Source: Candidatus Latescibacterota bacterium (GTDB taxonomy: Bacteria; Latescibacterota; UBA2968; UBA8231). Taken from it: 64,000 nucleotides of DNA. The DNA is taken from contig OZ244561.1 of the NCBI GenBank assembly GCA_965217585.1, positions 1,184,001 to 1,248,000 of the forward strand. Direction: 5' to 3'. Numbering within the stretch: position 1 is the stretch's first letter; each line of letters begins with the position of its first letter. The notes below the pieces were generated by a model, which saw only the letters and a program-made list of their open reading frames with translations, did no database searches and was not told the DNA's origin. Below are positions 18,713 through 28,802 of the stretch, piece after piece. Made by a program: the position numbers and the translations under genes.

Positions 18713-20634
18713 TGAATAGTCCTTATGTCAGATCTGCATTGGCAAAGATGGCTTTGGAACTTGTTCCGCCGATCATACGTGATACTTTGCTTGAAGAATC
18801 GGGCTTTCGAGAAGAGTACGGTTTTATAACGGACCCTATTCTTTCCTTTTCCAATTCTGGTGTTTCATTTCAACGTTCTAGTTTGTACGATGCTGTCCGA
18901 AAGGTTCTTTCAGGTGCAGAAGAAAAGAAAGTGACCAATACAAAGGGACAAAAGTGGCGGCTAAAGAACATCAGCAAGAAAGGAGAGTGGCCGAATTTTG
19001 TGCTCTCTCGTGGCAAACAGTGTCTTCCCCTGCGTACTTTTACGGCACTTTCTCCAGATAGGGATACACGTCTACGTTTCCTTGGTGAAGCCGCTTCCGA
19101 CGTTAATCTGTCCAATATTGCATTGGCTCCATGGCGCAATATTCTTTCTGAACGTGCTCTCGAAGATGACGGGGTTGATGCGCTTCTCAGTGAATTTCGC
19201 GATACGCCAGTCGTAAAGACACGTTCCATAAGTAGGGATATTAGGGTAGGACAAGGGAGCATATCCTCGCTAGTTCCTCATTCTCGTAGATATTTTGAGA
19301 GACTTGTGGGCGTATATGACGGAAGCACCTCCATGCGCGATTATGCCTCCGATGGCGGCAGAAAGCTCTTTGAGCAACTGTCTGCATGGCGACCCTATGA
19401 TGGCTTTTTGTATAGTCTCTTCCTATCATCACATGCTTCGCTAACAGAAGAAATCAATGTCGATCAGTTGAATAGTGAGGACCTTGTACGCGCTTTTGAC
19501 TTCTTGGACAAGTATGGAGATAGAATCTCGCAGTTGGGTGCCATTGAAGTCGGCTTGCGCGTTCTCCCATCGAGACCTGAGATAGAACAGGCTCTTATTC
19601 GTCTCATTGAGCAGATTCGCGACGACGACGACGATGGACAAGCGAGCGGTTTCAAACTCCTCTCGGCATTGTTCCATCTTATTGATGGGGAGTTATCAAG
19701 GATCCGGCTGTTTTCAGTAGAGCCCCCTTTTTACAGAAGGTTAGCTGCCTTGTCGCAAGCCGCATTGATTCATCGCGAGCTTGTGAGTTTATCTGTTGAT
19801 ATTGATCGATTCAGTGAATGGGCGTTTAACAATCGTGGAGGATTCTATCTGCAATCGCTTGTCGATATGCGCTTGGAGCCGCGCTGGGATCCCGACTTTG
19901 CAATGGCTTCGCAAATGAAGGCCGATTTCTTTGGTCGTATCCTGAATGCAGCGAAGAAATACGACCAGAATATAACGGGTAGCCAGATATATGACTTGGT
20001 ACTCGGAGATGAGGCCGGAAGCCTTCAATCTCTTAGTAATCCCTTCTGCTCCTATTTGTCTGGCCCATTAGAGGGAAACCAAAACACTCAGCACATTTTG
20101 CCATCCAAATGCGCAGAGGAGATTGAGACACAACTCAGTGCAGAAGAAGTAGGGCCATCGTCGTTTCCCGCCCTTGTTAATCTCGCCTTGATTTACCCCA
20201 TTGGTGCAGACCAAGCTAAATTAGCGGCAACAGCACTGAAGCGGTCGAACTATCACCTACGGAACATAGAGACCAAATCGCAGCTTGCCGCTATATTAGA
20301 TGGTTTGGCTACTGTTGCCGCTGTTTCGAGAAGTCCCATGCTTGCGGACGAATTACAAATCCTTGTACGTAGATACAGGCACGATGCTGAGTATGCCTTA
20401 TCTATCCAAGAAGTCATAAGGATTTGCCTCATAGCCGCTGCAAGCCGTTCGGAACTGAGCGAATGGACAAAATTTGTTGGTGATTGGCTGACTGAACTCG
20501 CATTCAGTGATTTGAATGATGATGAATCACAAGGGTTTCATTCGTGTTTGAATTGTCTTTGTCATGCCGTTCCTGAGCTATGGGTCTCCTGCGGCAGAGC
20601 TGATGCTGCCTTGCTAGCATTTAAAGATAAGTGA
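18709..20634 (+). CDS. Uncharacterised 641-aa partner protein, translationally coupled to the HNH-PIN gene
   Basis: GTGA overlap; long ORF with the same AT-richer composition; no motif recognised. Confidence 0.75.
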   Translation: MMNSPYVRSALAKMALELVPPIIRDTLLEESGFREEYGFITDPILSFSNSGVSFQRSSLYDAVRKVLSGAEEKKVTNTKGQKWRLKNISKKGEWPNFVLSRGKQCLPLRTFTALSPDRDTRLRFLGEAASDVNLSNIALAPWRNILSERALEDDGVDALLSEFRDTPVVKTRSISRDIRVGQGSISSLVPHSRRYFERLVGVYDGSTSMRDYASDGGRKLFEQLSAWRPYDGFLYSLFLSSHASLTEEINVDQLNSEDLVRAFDFLDKYGDRISQLGAIEVGLRVLPSRPEIEQALIRLIEQIRDDDDDGQASGFKLLSALFHLIDGELSRIRLFSVEPPFYRRLAALSQAALIHRELVSLSVDIDRFSEWAFNNRGGFYLQSLVDMRLEPRWDPDFAMASQMKADFFGRILNAAKKYDQNITGSQIYDLVLGDEAGSLQSLSNPFCSYLSGPLEGNQNTQHILPSKCAEEIETQLSAEEVGPSSFPALVNLALIYPIGADQAKLAATALKRSNYHLRNIETKSQLAAILDGLATVAAVSRSPMLADELQILVRRYRHDAEYALSIQEVIRICLIAAASRSELSEWTKFVGDWLTELAFSDLNDDESQGFHSCLNCLCHAVPELWVSCGRADAALLAFKDK

Positions 20635-20644
20635 TAGCTGACAA

Positions 20645-20687
20645 TTTACTCAATATACTGAGTAAAATTACTCAAATAATTGAGCAA
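20645..20687. promoter_or_regulatory. Tandem palindromic operator-like sites
   Basis: TTTACTCA-N6-TGAGTAAA followed by TTACTCA-N6-TGAGCAA, directly before ATG 20689. Confidence 0.6.
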
Positions 20688-20688
20688 A

Positions 20689-20991
20689 ATGACCTTCATC
20701 AGACCCCAAGCGTCCGAGCTAGCCCGGCGCTTAAAAGAACCCCGGCGGTTCATTCAAGTCGTCTCGGGAGCAAGGCAGGTCGGCAAAACAACCCTTGCCC
20801 TGCAAGTCGCCGAGCGGAGCAAATTGCCCTATCACGTCGCCAGCGCCGACGAGCCAACCCTGCGCGGTGCCGGGTGGATCGAATCGCAATGGGAAGAGGC
20901 CCGGCTGCTAGCCGATAACGCCAAGCGAAAGGGGGCCTTGCTCGTATTGGACGAGGTACACAAAGTTCCGCATAGAGCTGAAACCTATTAG
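20689..20991 (+). pseudogene. Truncated AAA ATPase (AAA_14/DUF4143 type)
   Basis: Walker A GARQVGKT and Walker B LLVLDE, then a stop about 10 codons later. Confidence 0.85.
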
Positions 20992-21026
20992 CTTTGATCG
21001 GCAAATGATTCTTTAGGAGGGACGAC

Positions 21027-21275
21027 ATGCTCGATGTAAAGACGGAACTGCAAAAATTTGCTAAAGATGGGCAGTTCCTCGACGCCCATTACGAGGAGTT
21101 ATTAGAGCAGTACCCAGAACAGTGGGTGGCCGTATTTGACGAGCAGGTCGTCGGGGCTGGTTTCGACTTTGATCAGCTCTTGGACGACCTGAAAGCTCGT
21201 GGGCTACCACTAGGCCGAACAGTAATCGAGAAGGTCTCGGCCGAAAATGAAGTTTGGATCTTGGCCGTTCAATGA
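21027..21275 (+). CDS. DUF5678-like small protein
   Basis: AGGAGG RBS; ELLEQYPEQWVAVFDEQVVGAG. Confidence 0.8.
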   Translation: MLDVKTELQKFAKDGQFLDAHYEELLEQYPEQWVAVFDEQVVGAGFDFDQLLDDLKARGLPLGRTVIEKVSAENEVWILAVQ

Positions 21276-21504
21276 TCCAAGGATATTTTCGCTCAACCGG
21301 CTCTGTAAAGCGGCCTTATGTGAACGGAGCCATTCATCTTCCCGAGATGGGCATCTCTGGAATAGACGTTCGATTCTTAATTGATACCGGCGCGGATCGC
21401 ACGTTGATGTCTTGGCGTATTTCGCGCTGTTCATGGAAGAGCGGACGAATAGGGTTCTGTTCTTGGAGCCGGCCGAAGCGGATAGGCTCGGCTTGCGTCC
21501 GTAG
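21272..21504 (+). pseudogene. Retropepsin-like aspartyl protease, internally deleted and frameshifted
   Basis: RPYV...FLIDTGADRT, then a different frame gives DVLAYFALFMEERTNRVLFLE; the middle is missing. Confidence 0.75.
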
Positions 21505-21634
21505 GCAAATTAAGGCGTTTAACTGCTAGCACCGTTTTACAAAACCGACGGCCCTGACCGAGGAACCCGGCAGCGGGAAGTTGCTCAACTTGACTGGTAC
21601 TTGACTGGTCAGAGCCTAAAACAGGAACAAAACC

Positions 21635-24600
21635 ATGCCCACCTTCCCCTTCAGCGAAAAACACCTCTCCCAGATCCCCGCCCTACAACAGCTAATCAAC
21701 CTAGGCTACCAGTATCTCCCCCCCTCCCAAGCAATGACGGAACGCGGCGGTCGCGCCTCCAACGTCCTCTTGGAAAACATCCTGCGCGACCAGCTCAAAA
21801 AAATAAACCGCATCCGCTACAAAGGCGGCGAATATCTGTTCAGCGAGGAGAACATTCAGTCCGCCATCCAGAAACTCAAAACCGTCCAATACGACGGCCT
21901 GCAAAAGACAAACGAAGTAATCTACGACCTGATGACCCTCGGCACGGCGCTTGAACAAACGATCGAAGGCGATTCCAAAAGTTTTACGCTGAACTATATC
22001 GACTGGAAAAATCCCGCTAACAACGCATTCCACGCCGTAGCGGAATTCTTCGTTGAACGCGCCCGCAGAACAGAGACCGCAAGACCCGACATCGTCCTGT
22101 TCGTGAACGGCATCCCCTTAGTCGTGATCGAGTGCAAAGCCCCCGATACGGACGCAGAGCAAGCGGTATCTCAAATGATCCGCAACCAAGGCGAGGAATA
22201 CATCCCGCGGCTTTTCACGTACGCACAAGTTCTACTGGCCGTAAACAAAAACGAGGCCAAATACGCAACAGTAGGCACTTCAAAGGAGTTCTGGAGCGTC
22301 TGGGACGAGTTGGAAGATGCTGAGCGCGACGTAAACGCCTGCATCAATAAAGCGCTTTCCAGCGGAGACAAAGACACCCTGTTCTCCGGTGAGTTCGCCT
22401 CGGCGCGGTCGCACTTTGACGCACTTGAGTGCAGCGATGACCGACTGGTCACGGAACAGGATCGCTGTCTCTACAGTTTGTGCCGACCCGAGCGCCTGTT
22501 GGAGCTAATCTTCGATTTTATAGTCTTTGACGTGGGCAGCAAAAAAATTGCCCGCTACCAGCAGTTCTTCCTAGTTCGTGCAGCCATGAATCGCGTCAAG
22601 CAAAGAGACAACGAAGGTCGCCGCATGGGCGGTATCGTCTGGCACACGCAGGGTTCCGGGAAGTCCATTACCATGGTCATGCTGACCCGTGCCCTATCCT
22701 TGGACCCAGAGCTGACCAGCCCGCGAATGATCCTAGTTACAGACCGCAAAGACTTGGACAAACAACTAGGCAATACCTTCGCAGCCTGTGGTCTGGACAA
22801 GGAGCGGGCGACATCCGGCCGCAATCTGATCAGACACATCAAGAACAGAGTGGGCATCATCACCACGCTGATCAATAAGTTCGACAAGGCGCTTTCGGCT
22901 GAGAAATACGTGGACGATTCCGCCGATATTATCGTCCTCGTGGACGAAAGCCACCGCACAAACTTTGGCTCCCTAGCAGCACGCATGAGACAAATGCTGC
23001 CCAATGCCTGCTATATCGGTTTTACGGGGACGCCGTTGCTCAAAGAAGAAAAGAATAGCTTTGCCCGATTCGGCGGTTTGATTGAACCGCATTATTCCGT
23101 CCGGCGAGCAATCGAGGACAAGGCGGTGGTCCCTCTGCTTTACGAAGGGCGGCACGTGGAGATGGAGCAGAATCAGGCCGCCATTGACCTCTGGTTCGCG
23201 CGCCATACCGAAGATTTAGCAGACGAACAAAAAGCGGACCTGAAGCGAAAATACTCGCGTGCCCGAGAGTTGAGTAAAACCGATCAGGTCGTCTATATGT
23301 GCGCGTTTGATATTAGCAGACATTTCCAGACTAGTTGGCAAAACACGGGATTTAAGGCGCAGCTTGTAGTGGATAGCAAGACGACCGCGCTCAAGTATCA
23401 CGAATATCTCAATGAGATAGGTGCGGTCTCATCGGAGGTCGTCATCTCCCCACCGGATACGAGGGAAGGACATGAGGAAGTAGGCGCGGGGACGACAAGC
23501 GAGGTGAGCAAGTTCTGGGACAAAATGATGGCCCGTTATGGCTCCGAGGATCAATACAACAAGCAAATCATCGCTCAGTTCAAGAACTCGGACAGGCCGG
23601 AAATTCTGATCGTAGTGGACAAACTCATCACGGGGTTTGACGCACCTCGCAATACCGTGCTCTATCTGTGCCGCAAGTTGCGCGAACACACGCTGCTCCA
23701 AGCGATTGCCCGCGTAAATCGCCTACACGAGGGCAAGGAGTTCGGCTATATCATCGACTATGCCAATGTGCTGGGCGAACTGGACAAGGCGCTACACACC
23801 TATGACGCGCTTGCGGGTTTTGACGGAGACGACCTTGCGGATTTCCTGACCTCCATCCATGAAGAAGTGTCAAAGCTGCCGCAGCGCTACTCAGACCTGT
23901 GGGACATCTTCAAGGAAATCAAAAACTCCCGCGATGAAGAACGCTACGAAGTGCTGCTGGCCGATAATGCAGTGCGGGATGAGTTTTACGCGCGCCTCAC
24001 GGAATACGGCAAGAACCTTGCCATTGCGCTTTCAGCCGAGCAGTTCATTATGCAGATCGACGAGGAGCAACTAAATCGCTACAAAAACGATCTCAAGCGT
24101 TTCCAGAAACTGAGATCGGCAGTCCAACAGCGCTACGCCGAAACCATTAATTATCGCGACTATGAACCCCGGATTAAAAAATTGCTGGATACGCATATTC
24201 AGGCTAACGAAGTCACTCGGTTAAACGACCCCGTGAATATGTTTGACGATAAGACCTTCTCTATGGTCAAAGAGGAACGAGGCGTCTATCAAGCCAAGAC
24301 TACAGCGGCAAGGGCCGATATTATCGCCCATTCGGCCAAGCGCACAATTACTGAAAACATGAACAAAGACCCGGCTTTTTACGAGAAGTTCTCAAAGCTC
24401 ATTCAAGACGCAATTGACGGTTTCAGGAATCAGCGCATCTCAGACCTTGAGTATTTGCAAAAGGTGAGTGCTATCCGCGATGAGGTCGCCAACACACAAC
24501 GCGACGATGTCCCCGACTCCATCCGCGATAACGAGGAGGCCAGCGCGTATTTTGGCGTGATCAAACCTTGTCTGACTGAGGTGGGTGAAAGCCGTGTTGA

Positions 24601-24826
24601 CTATGTCGCCGCAGAAACGGCGCTTGCCGTCAAAAGCGCGCTAGAAAAAAATTGGAAGGTGGACTTTTGGAACGATAGCGACGCGCAAAACGCCGCAAAA
24701 AACGAGATGGATGATTTCTTTTACGACGTGGTAAAAGATGGGCATGGCATTGATTTATCGTCGGAACAGATGGACGAAATGATCAGCCAAACAATGCAGA
24801 TAGCCAAATCCTGGAGATGCTCTTAA
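21635..24826 (+). CDS. hsdR: Type I restriction endonuclease subunit R
   Basis: Nuclease RPDIVLFVNGIPLVVIECK; Walker A HTQGSGKS; DESHR; FTGTP; QAIARVNR. Confidence 0.97.
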   Translation: MPTFPFSEKHLSQIPALQQLINLGYQYLPPSQAMTERGGRASNVLLENILRDQLKKINRIRYKGGEYLFSEENIQSAIQKLKTVQYDGLQKTNEVIYDLMTLGTALEQTIEGDSKSFTLNYIDWKNPANNAFHAVAEFFVERARRTETARPDIVLFVNGIPLVVIECKAPDTDAEQAVSQMIRNQGEEYIPRLFTYAQVLLAVNKNEAKYATVGTSKEFWSVWDELEDAERDVNACINKALSSGDKDTLFSGEFASARSHFDALECSDDRLVTEQDRCLYSLCRPERLLELIFDFIVFDVGSKKIARYQQFFLVRAAMNRVKQRDNEGRRMGGIVWHTQGSGKSITMVMLTRALSLDPELTSPRMILVTDRKDLDKQLGNTFAACGLDKERATSGRNLIRHIKNRVGIITTLINKFDKALSAEKYVDDSADIIVLVDESHRTNFGSLAARMRQMLPNACYIGFTGTPLLKEEKNSFARFGGLIEPHYSVRRAIEDKAVVPLLYEGRHVEMEQNQAAIDLWFARHTEDLADEQKADLKRKYSRARELSKTDQVVYMCAFDISRHFQTSWQNTGFKAQLVVDSKTTALKYHEYLNEIGAVSSEVVISPPDTREGHEEVGAGTTSEVSKFWDKMMARYGSEDQYNKQIIAQFKNSDRPEILIVVDKLITGFDAPRNTVLYLCRKLREHTLLQAIARVNRLHEGKEFGYIIDYANVLGELDKALHTYDALAGFDGDDLADFLTSIHEEVSKLPQRYSDLWDIFKEIKNSRDEERYEVLLADNAVRDEFYARLTEYGKNLAIALSAEQFIMQIDEEQLNRYKNDLKRFQKLRSAVQQRYAETINYRDYEPRIKKLLDTHIQANEVTRLNDPVNMFDDKTFSMVKEERGVYQAKTTAARADIIAHSAKRTITENMNKDPAFYEKFSKLIQDAIDGFRNQRISDLEYLQKVSAIRDEVANTQRDDVPDSIRDNEEASAYFGVIKPCLTEVGESRVDYVAAETALAVKSALEKNWKVDFWNDSDAQNAAKNEMDDFFYDVVKDGHGIDLSSEQMDEMISQTMQIAKSWRCS

Positions 24827-25536
24827 TGCCGGAAACGAACCGCACCCTCACGTATGCCGGCGAGTCCATTCCCTTCCACCTGAGTTACTCCAAAAGAAAG
24901 ACTGTCGAGATCGCCGTTCACCCCGACTGCTCGGTAGTTGTAAAAGCCCCACTGGGAACAAATGAAACCCTTGTCGAAGATTTCATTTACAAGCGCGCGC
25001 GCTGGATAAGACGCCAGCTTCACTATTTCGCACAGTTTGCACCACGCACCCCCAAGCGGCAGTTTGTCGGTGGCGAAAGCCATCTTTATCTCGGCAAACA
25101 GTATCGGCTGAAGATAAGCCCGTCTGCAACAGACGAAGTTTTGTTAAAGCGCGGCTTCTTCCACATACAAGCGGTTGACGACAAGCCGGAGCATATAGCG
25201 ATGCTGCTCGAAGCATGGTACCGGAGCAAGGCGGATGTCTATTTTGCTCAAGTATTTGAAGAATGCTGGCATCTCTTTCAAAAAAAGGGCGTGGACAAGC
25301 CTGTACTTAAAATCCGCAAGATGAAAACGCTCTGGGGCAGTTTCAGTAGTAAAGGCGGCATAACATTGAATCTGGAGCTTATAAAAGCACCCAGAGAATG
25401 TATCGAATACGTCGTTATCCACGAGCTATGTCACTTGTCCCATCTCAATCACGGACCGAAGTTTTATAGCTTACTTGAGCAGTTTATCCCCGACTGGACA
25501 AAACGAAAACATAGATTGGAAACGGCGTTGTCTTAA
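24826..25536 (+). CDS. YgjP/DUF45 (M48-like) metallohydrolase
   Basis: HELCH motif; GESHLYLG; WGS; typical position downstream of hsdR (TAATG overlap). Confidence 0.92.
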   Translation: MPETNRTLTYAGESIPFHLSYSKRKTVEIAVHPDCSVVVKAPLGTNETLVEDFIYKRARWIRRQLHYFAQFAPRTPKRQFVGGESHLYLGKQYRLKISPSATDEVLLKRGFFHIQAVDDKPEHIAMLLEAWYRSKADVYFAQVFEECWHLFQKKGVDKPVLKIRKMKTLWGSFSSKGGITLNLELIKAPRECIEYVVIHELCHLSHLNHGPKFYSLLEQFIPDWTKRKHRLETALS

Positions 25537-25539
25537 TCA

Positions 25540-25751
25540 CTGATGTTACGTACGCCCCCTTATAAACGAGAGGGCGATTCTATTGTATGCTTACAGCCCC
25601 TAGTCTCTGGTTGTCATTCCCGCGCAAGCGGGAATCCACGCCGTGGCCCCGCCCGGCCCCCTGGACGCCCGCTTGCGCGGGCGTGACGGAAGAGGCCATC
25701 CCTATCCACGCCGCGCATAACGCGCCATGAAGCGGCCGGGCGTAACATCAG
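25540..25751. mobile_element. MITE, family A (CTGATGTTACG terminal inverted repeats)
   Basis: TIRs CTGATGTTACG / CGTAACATCAG; flanks TTAATCA / TTAACCA (7-bp TSD with one mismatch). Confidence 0.75.
25613..25687. repeat. Bipartite palindromic REP (dRS3/CIR-like)
   Basis: GTCATTCCCGCGCAAGCGGGAATCCA ... TGGACGCCCGCTTGCGCGGGCGTGAC. Confidence 0.8.
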
Positions 25752-27503
25752 TTAACCACTTGAAAACGACAGGTTTCGCCGGCGTGTTCTGGTGTGCGAC
25801 CCCTCTGCGCTATCTGCGCTATCTGCGGATAACTGATGTTGACGCATTCAATACCCCTTGCGCTTATCAATCGCGCTCACCAACGCCGAGCAACCTCAAA
25901 GGAATGCCAGTGCTCGCAATCATCGCCTTACTATTAATTACCTTTTCTCCCCTCATCCTGTTGGCCCATCCGGCCGACCTCGGCATACACGTCATCCAAG
26001 CCTACCAACTAGGCGACGCAGCACCACCGATCATTGACGGATGGCTACCGCTACGACGACAGCAACTCGGACCGCAATTGGCGCAGCATATGGTGGGTTG
26101 AAGCGCAAATCGACTCCGCTGGTTGGACCGCCGAATTCAAAATCCCCTTTGCCAACTTCCGCTTTCCCAAGGGCCAAGACCAAGTCTGGGGCTTCGATAT
26201 TGAGCGCCTGAACAAACGCAAGAACGAATGGACGGTGTGGAAACAAATGACCCAGGCGGGCGTTTTCACGCGAATGTCGGATCTGGGCCATGCCGTCGGC
26301 TTCGCGGATATCGAGCCGGGCAAGCTCTTCGAAGTCACGCCCTATGCTGTGGGGGGCGCGTCCCAGACCTCGGGACAGGACACCGGCAGCCAGGGTGCCA
26401 TCGGCCTCGACCTGCAATACAACCTGACCGCAGCGCTGAGGGCCAACCTGACGGTCAATCCCGATTTCGCTCAGGTCGAAGCCGACCAAGTCGAGATCAA
26501 CTTGACTCGCTTTCCAACCCGCTTTCCCGAGAAGCGCCCATTTTTCGTCGAGGGCAACAGTTTTTTTGCAACGCCTTTTGACCTGTTCTTCAGCCGGCGC
26601 ATCGGCAGCCGGGGCGATATCGTCTGGGGGAGCAAAATGACTGGTAAGGTCGGCGACTACTCGCTCGGTTTCTTAGGCAGCCAGACCGGCGGCATCGGCC
26701 TGCTGGAACTAGGCGACGGTCCCGCCTTGAGCGAGGAGGTGCTTTTCTCGGCACTGCGGGTCAAAAAAGACATCTTGCGCCAGTCGAATATCGGCGTCAT
26801 GTACGCCGGCAAAGACCTCGCCAGCACCCACAGCCGGGTCGGCGGCGTCGATGCCAATATCACCTTTGCCAAGACCTATAAGGCCCAGGGCCAGTACGCG
26901 ATGAGCTTCCGCGACGGGCCGGACCGGGACCATTCGGCCCTCACCTTCGAACTCAGTCAGCGCAATTTCCTCTGGGAAGCCTCACTAGGCCTAGAACAAG
27001 TCGCCCCCCGATTCGACACCAACGAGACCGGTTTCCTGCGCAAAGAGCCTTTCCGCGGCTGGCAGCAACTAGCGCTGAATGGGATCTATGGCCCGCGCTG
27101 GAGGGGGCACCGGGCGTTCGTCGAAGGGTACCTTGGCATATCCAAGGGACTTTACGACGACGCCTACTTCGCCAACTGGCATCGCGATCACCCTATACAT
27201 GCCCTTGCGCCCGAATTCGAGGAGGACTTAGTCGGCTGGCAGAGCGAACTGACAGCGGGGATGGAACTAACCGAAACGCTCATCAGCTATTTCGATGTCC
27301 ACTACGGGCGCAGCCACCATATCGAGCTGACCGATATCTTCGACGCCAACGAGTTCGGGTTTTTCATCGCCACCAACTCCTCGCGCCCAGCGTCGTTCGA
27401 GGCCTTTGGCAGCAGCGGCGACTTCTTTAACTTTTCGCGGCAGGCCGTGGGTCAACAGCGCCAGCTCGCGCTCTTTGGCATCCTGCGCCCTCGCACCAAC
27501 TTA

Positions 27504-28802
27504 CTTGAATTCGACAGGTAGGTTGATATTTAGGCTCGAACAGGCATCGGAGTCTCCCTATTTTGGGATAGCTTGATTCACCGCCATGGATCATCTACCC
27601 CAGGGAAACTCCGATGCTGAACCTGACTCGCTTGCCTGTGAACCTTCGTTATTTTTTGCGTGGGACTCAACATTTTTTTCGTCATCGCCATCATCTGGTG
27701 TTCTGTTGGAGTATGACGCTGTTGTTAATCTATCAAGATAAAGCGACGCTGTGTGGTTTAGCCCGCTTGGGGCCTAACCATATAGCGGAATGGCACTTAC
27801 GTCGCTTGCTGAGTGCGACCTACTGGAGTTGGCGGTTGCTGTTGGGGTACTTGGTTGATGCGGTGATCGCCGGGCTGCCACCGGCGGAAGACGGTCGGGT
27901 GTTGGTGATCGTCGACGGGACCTACAAAGCCAAGGTGGCCAAGAAACATCCGTTGGTGCGCAAAGCCCGCGCCGATGGCTATAGTCCCTTTCTGTGGGGG
28001 TTTGAAGTGATCCTGGTCATGCTGCAGTGGGGCAATTATCGAATCCCTATCGATTTCGAGTTGGTTCGGCGTAAAGAAGACCCGGCCTATCAGAAGCCCA
28101 ATGTGTTGTTTCGTCAGATGCTGACCGCCTTGGTACCACCGGCTTGGGCCCAGCAAGTGATCGTGGTCGCCGATGCCGGGTTTCCCGCTAAAGAAACGCT
28201 GCACTTGATCCAGCAACGAGGCTTCTTTTTCGTCATGAGTCTGCCCCGCACCTGGAAGTTTGAAGACGGCCATACGCTCAAAGATTGGGTCCATCATACG
28301 CGCCATACCTGTTATCGAAAAATCTGGTTTCGTCCGCACGGCTCCCGTCGGCGGGTCTATTGGGTCTACCGCGGTCGTAAACGCCTGCGACACATCGGAG
28401 ATGTCACGTTGGTCTTGAGCAAGAAACGGCGCAACGATTCGCCGAAACAAACCAAAATCCTGGTGACCAATCTACCGGACGTGACCGCAGGCCAACTCGT
28501 CGTGTTGTATACCCGCCGCTGGCACGTGGAACTGCTCATCAAAGAATTGAAAGGGGCCACCGGATTAGGACAAGCCCAGGTGACCAAGCAGACCCAACGA
28601 GTCGAACGCTCCGTCGCGTTGTCCGTTATGGCCTACTTGGTTTTGATCCATTTTCGGCAGCGGGATATTCCCCACCAAGGACCGTGGAGTGCGTTTACCC
28701 TCAAGCGAAATTTTGCTTGGGAGTGTGCGCGAAAACAGATTGAACATAACCAAAAACGAACCTACACAAAGGCCGCCTAAGACAACTACCTGTCGAATTC
28801 AA
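27504..28802 (+). mobile_element. IS4/IS701-like insertion sequence
   Basis: 17-bp TIRs TTGAATTCGACAGGTAG / CTACCTGTCGAATTCAA; target duplication CCAACTTA at 27496-27503 and 28803-28810. Confidence 0.92.
27614..28780 (+). CDS. DDE transposase
   Basis: IVDGT, VVADAGF, YTRRWHVELLIKELK (YREK signature). Confidence 0.93.
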   Translation: MLNLTRLPVNLRYFLRGTQHFFRHRHHLVFCWSMTLLLIYQDKATLCGLARLGPNHIAEWHLRRLLSATYWSWRLLLGYLVDAVIAGLPPAEDGRVLVIVDGTYKAKVAKKHPLVRKARADGYSPFLWGFEVILVMLQWGNYRIPIDFELVRRKEDPAYQKPNVLFRQMLTALVPPAWAQQVIVVADAGFPAKETLHLIQQRGFFFVMSLPRTWKFEDGHTLKDWVHHTRHTCYRKIWFRPHGSRRRVYWVYRGRKRLRHIGDVTLVLSKKRRNDSPKQTKILVTNLPDVTAGQLVVLYTRRWHVELLIKELKGATGLGQAQVTKQTQRVERSVALSVMAYLVLIHFRQRDIPHQGPWSAFTLKRNFAWECARKQIEHNQKRTYTKAA

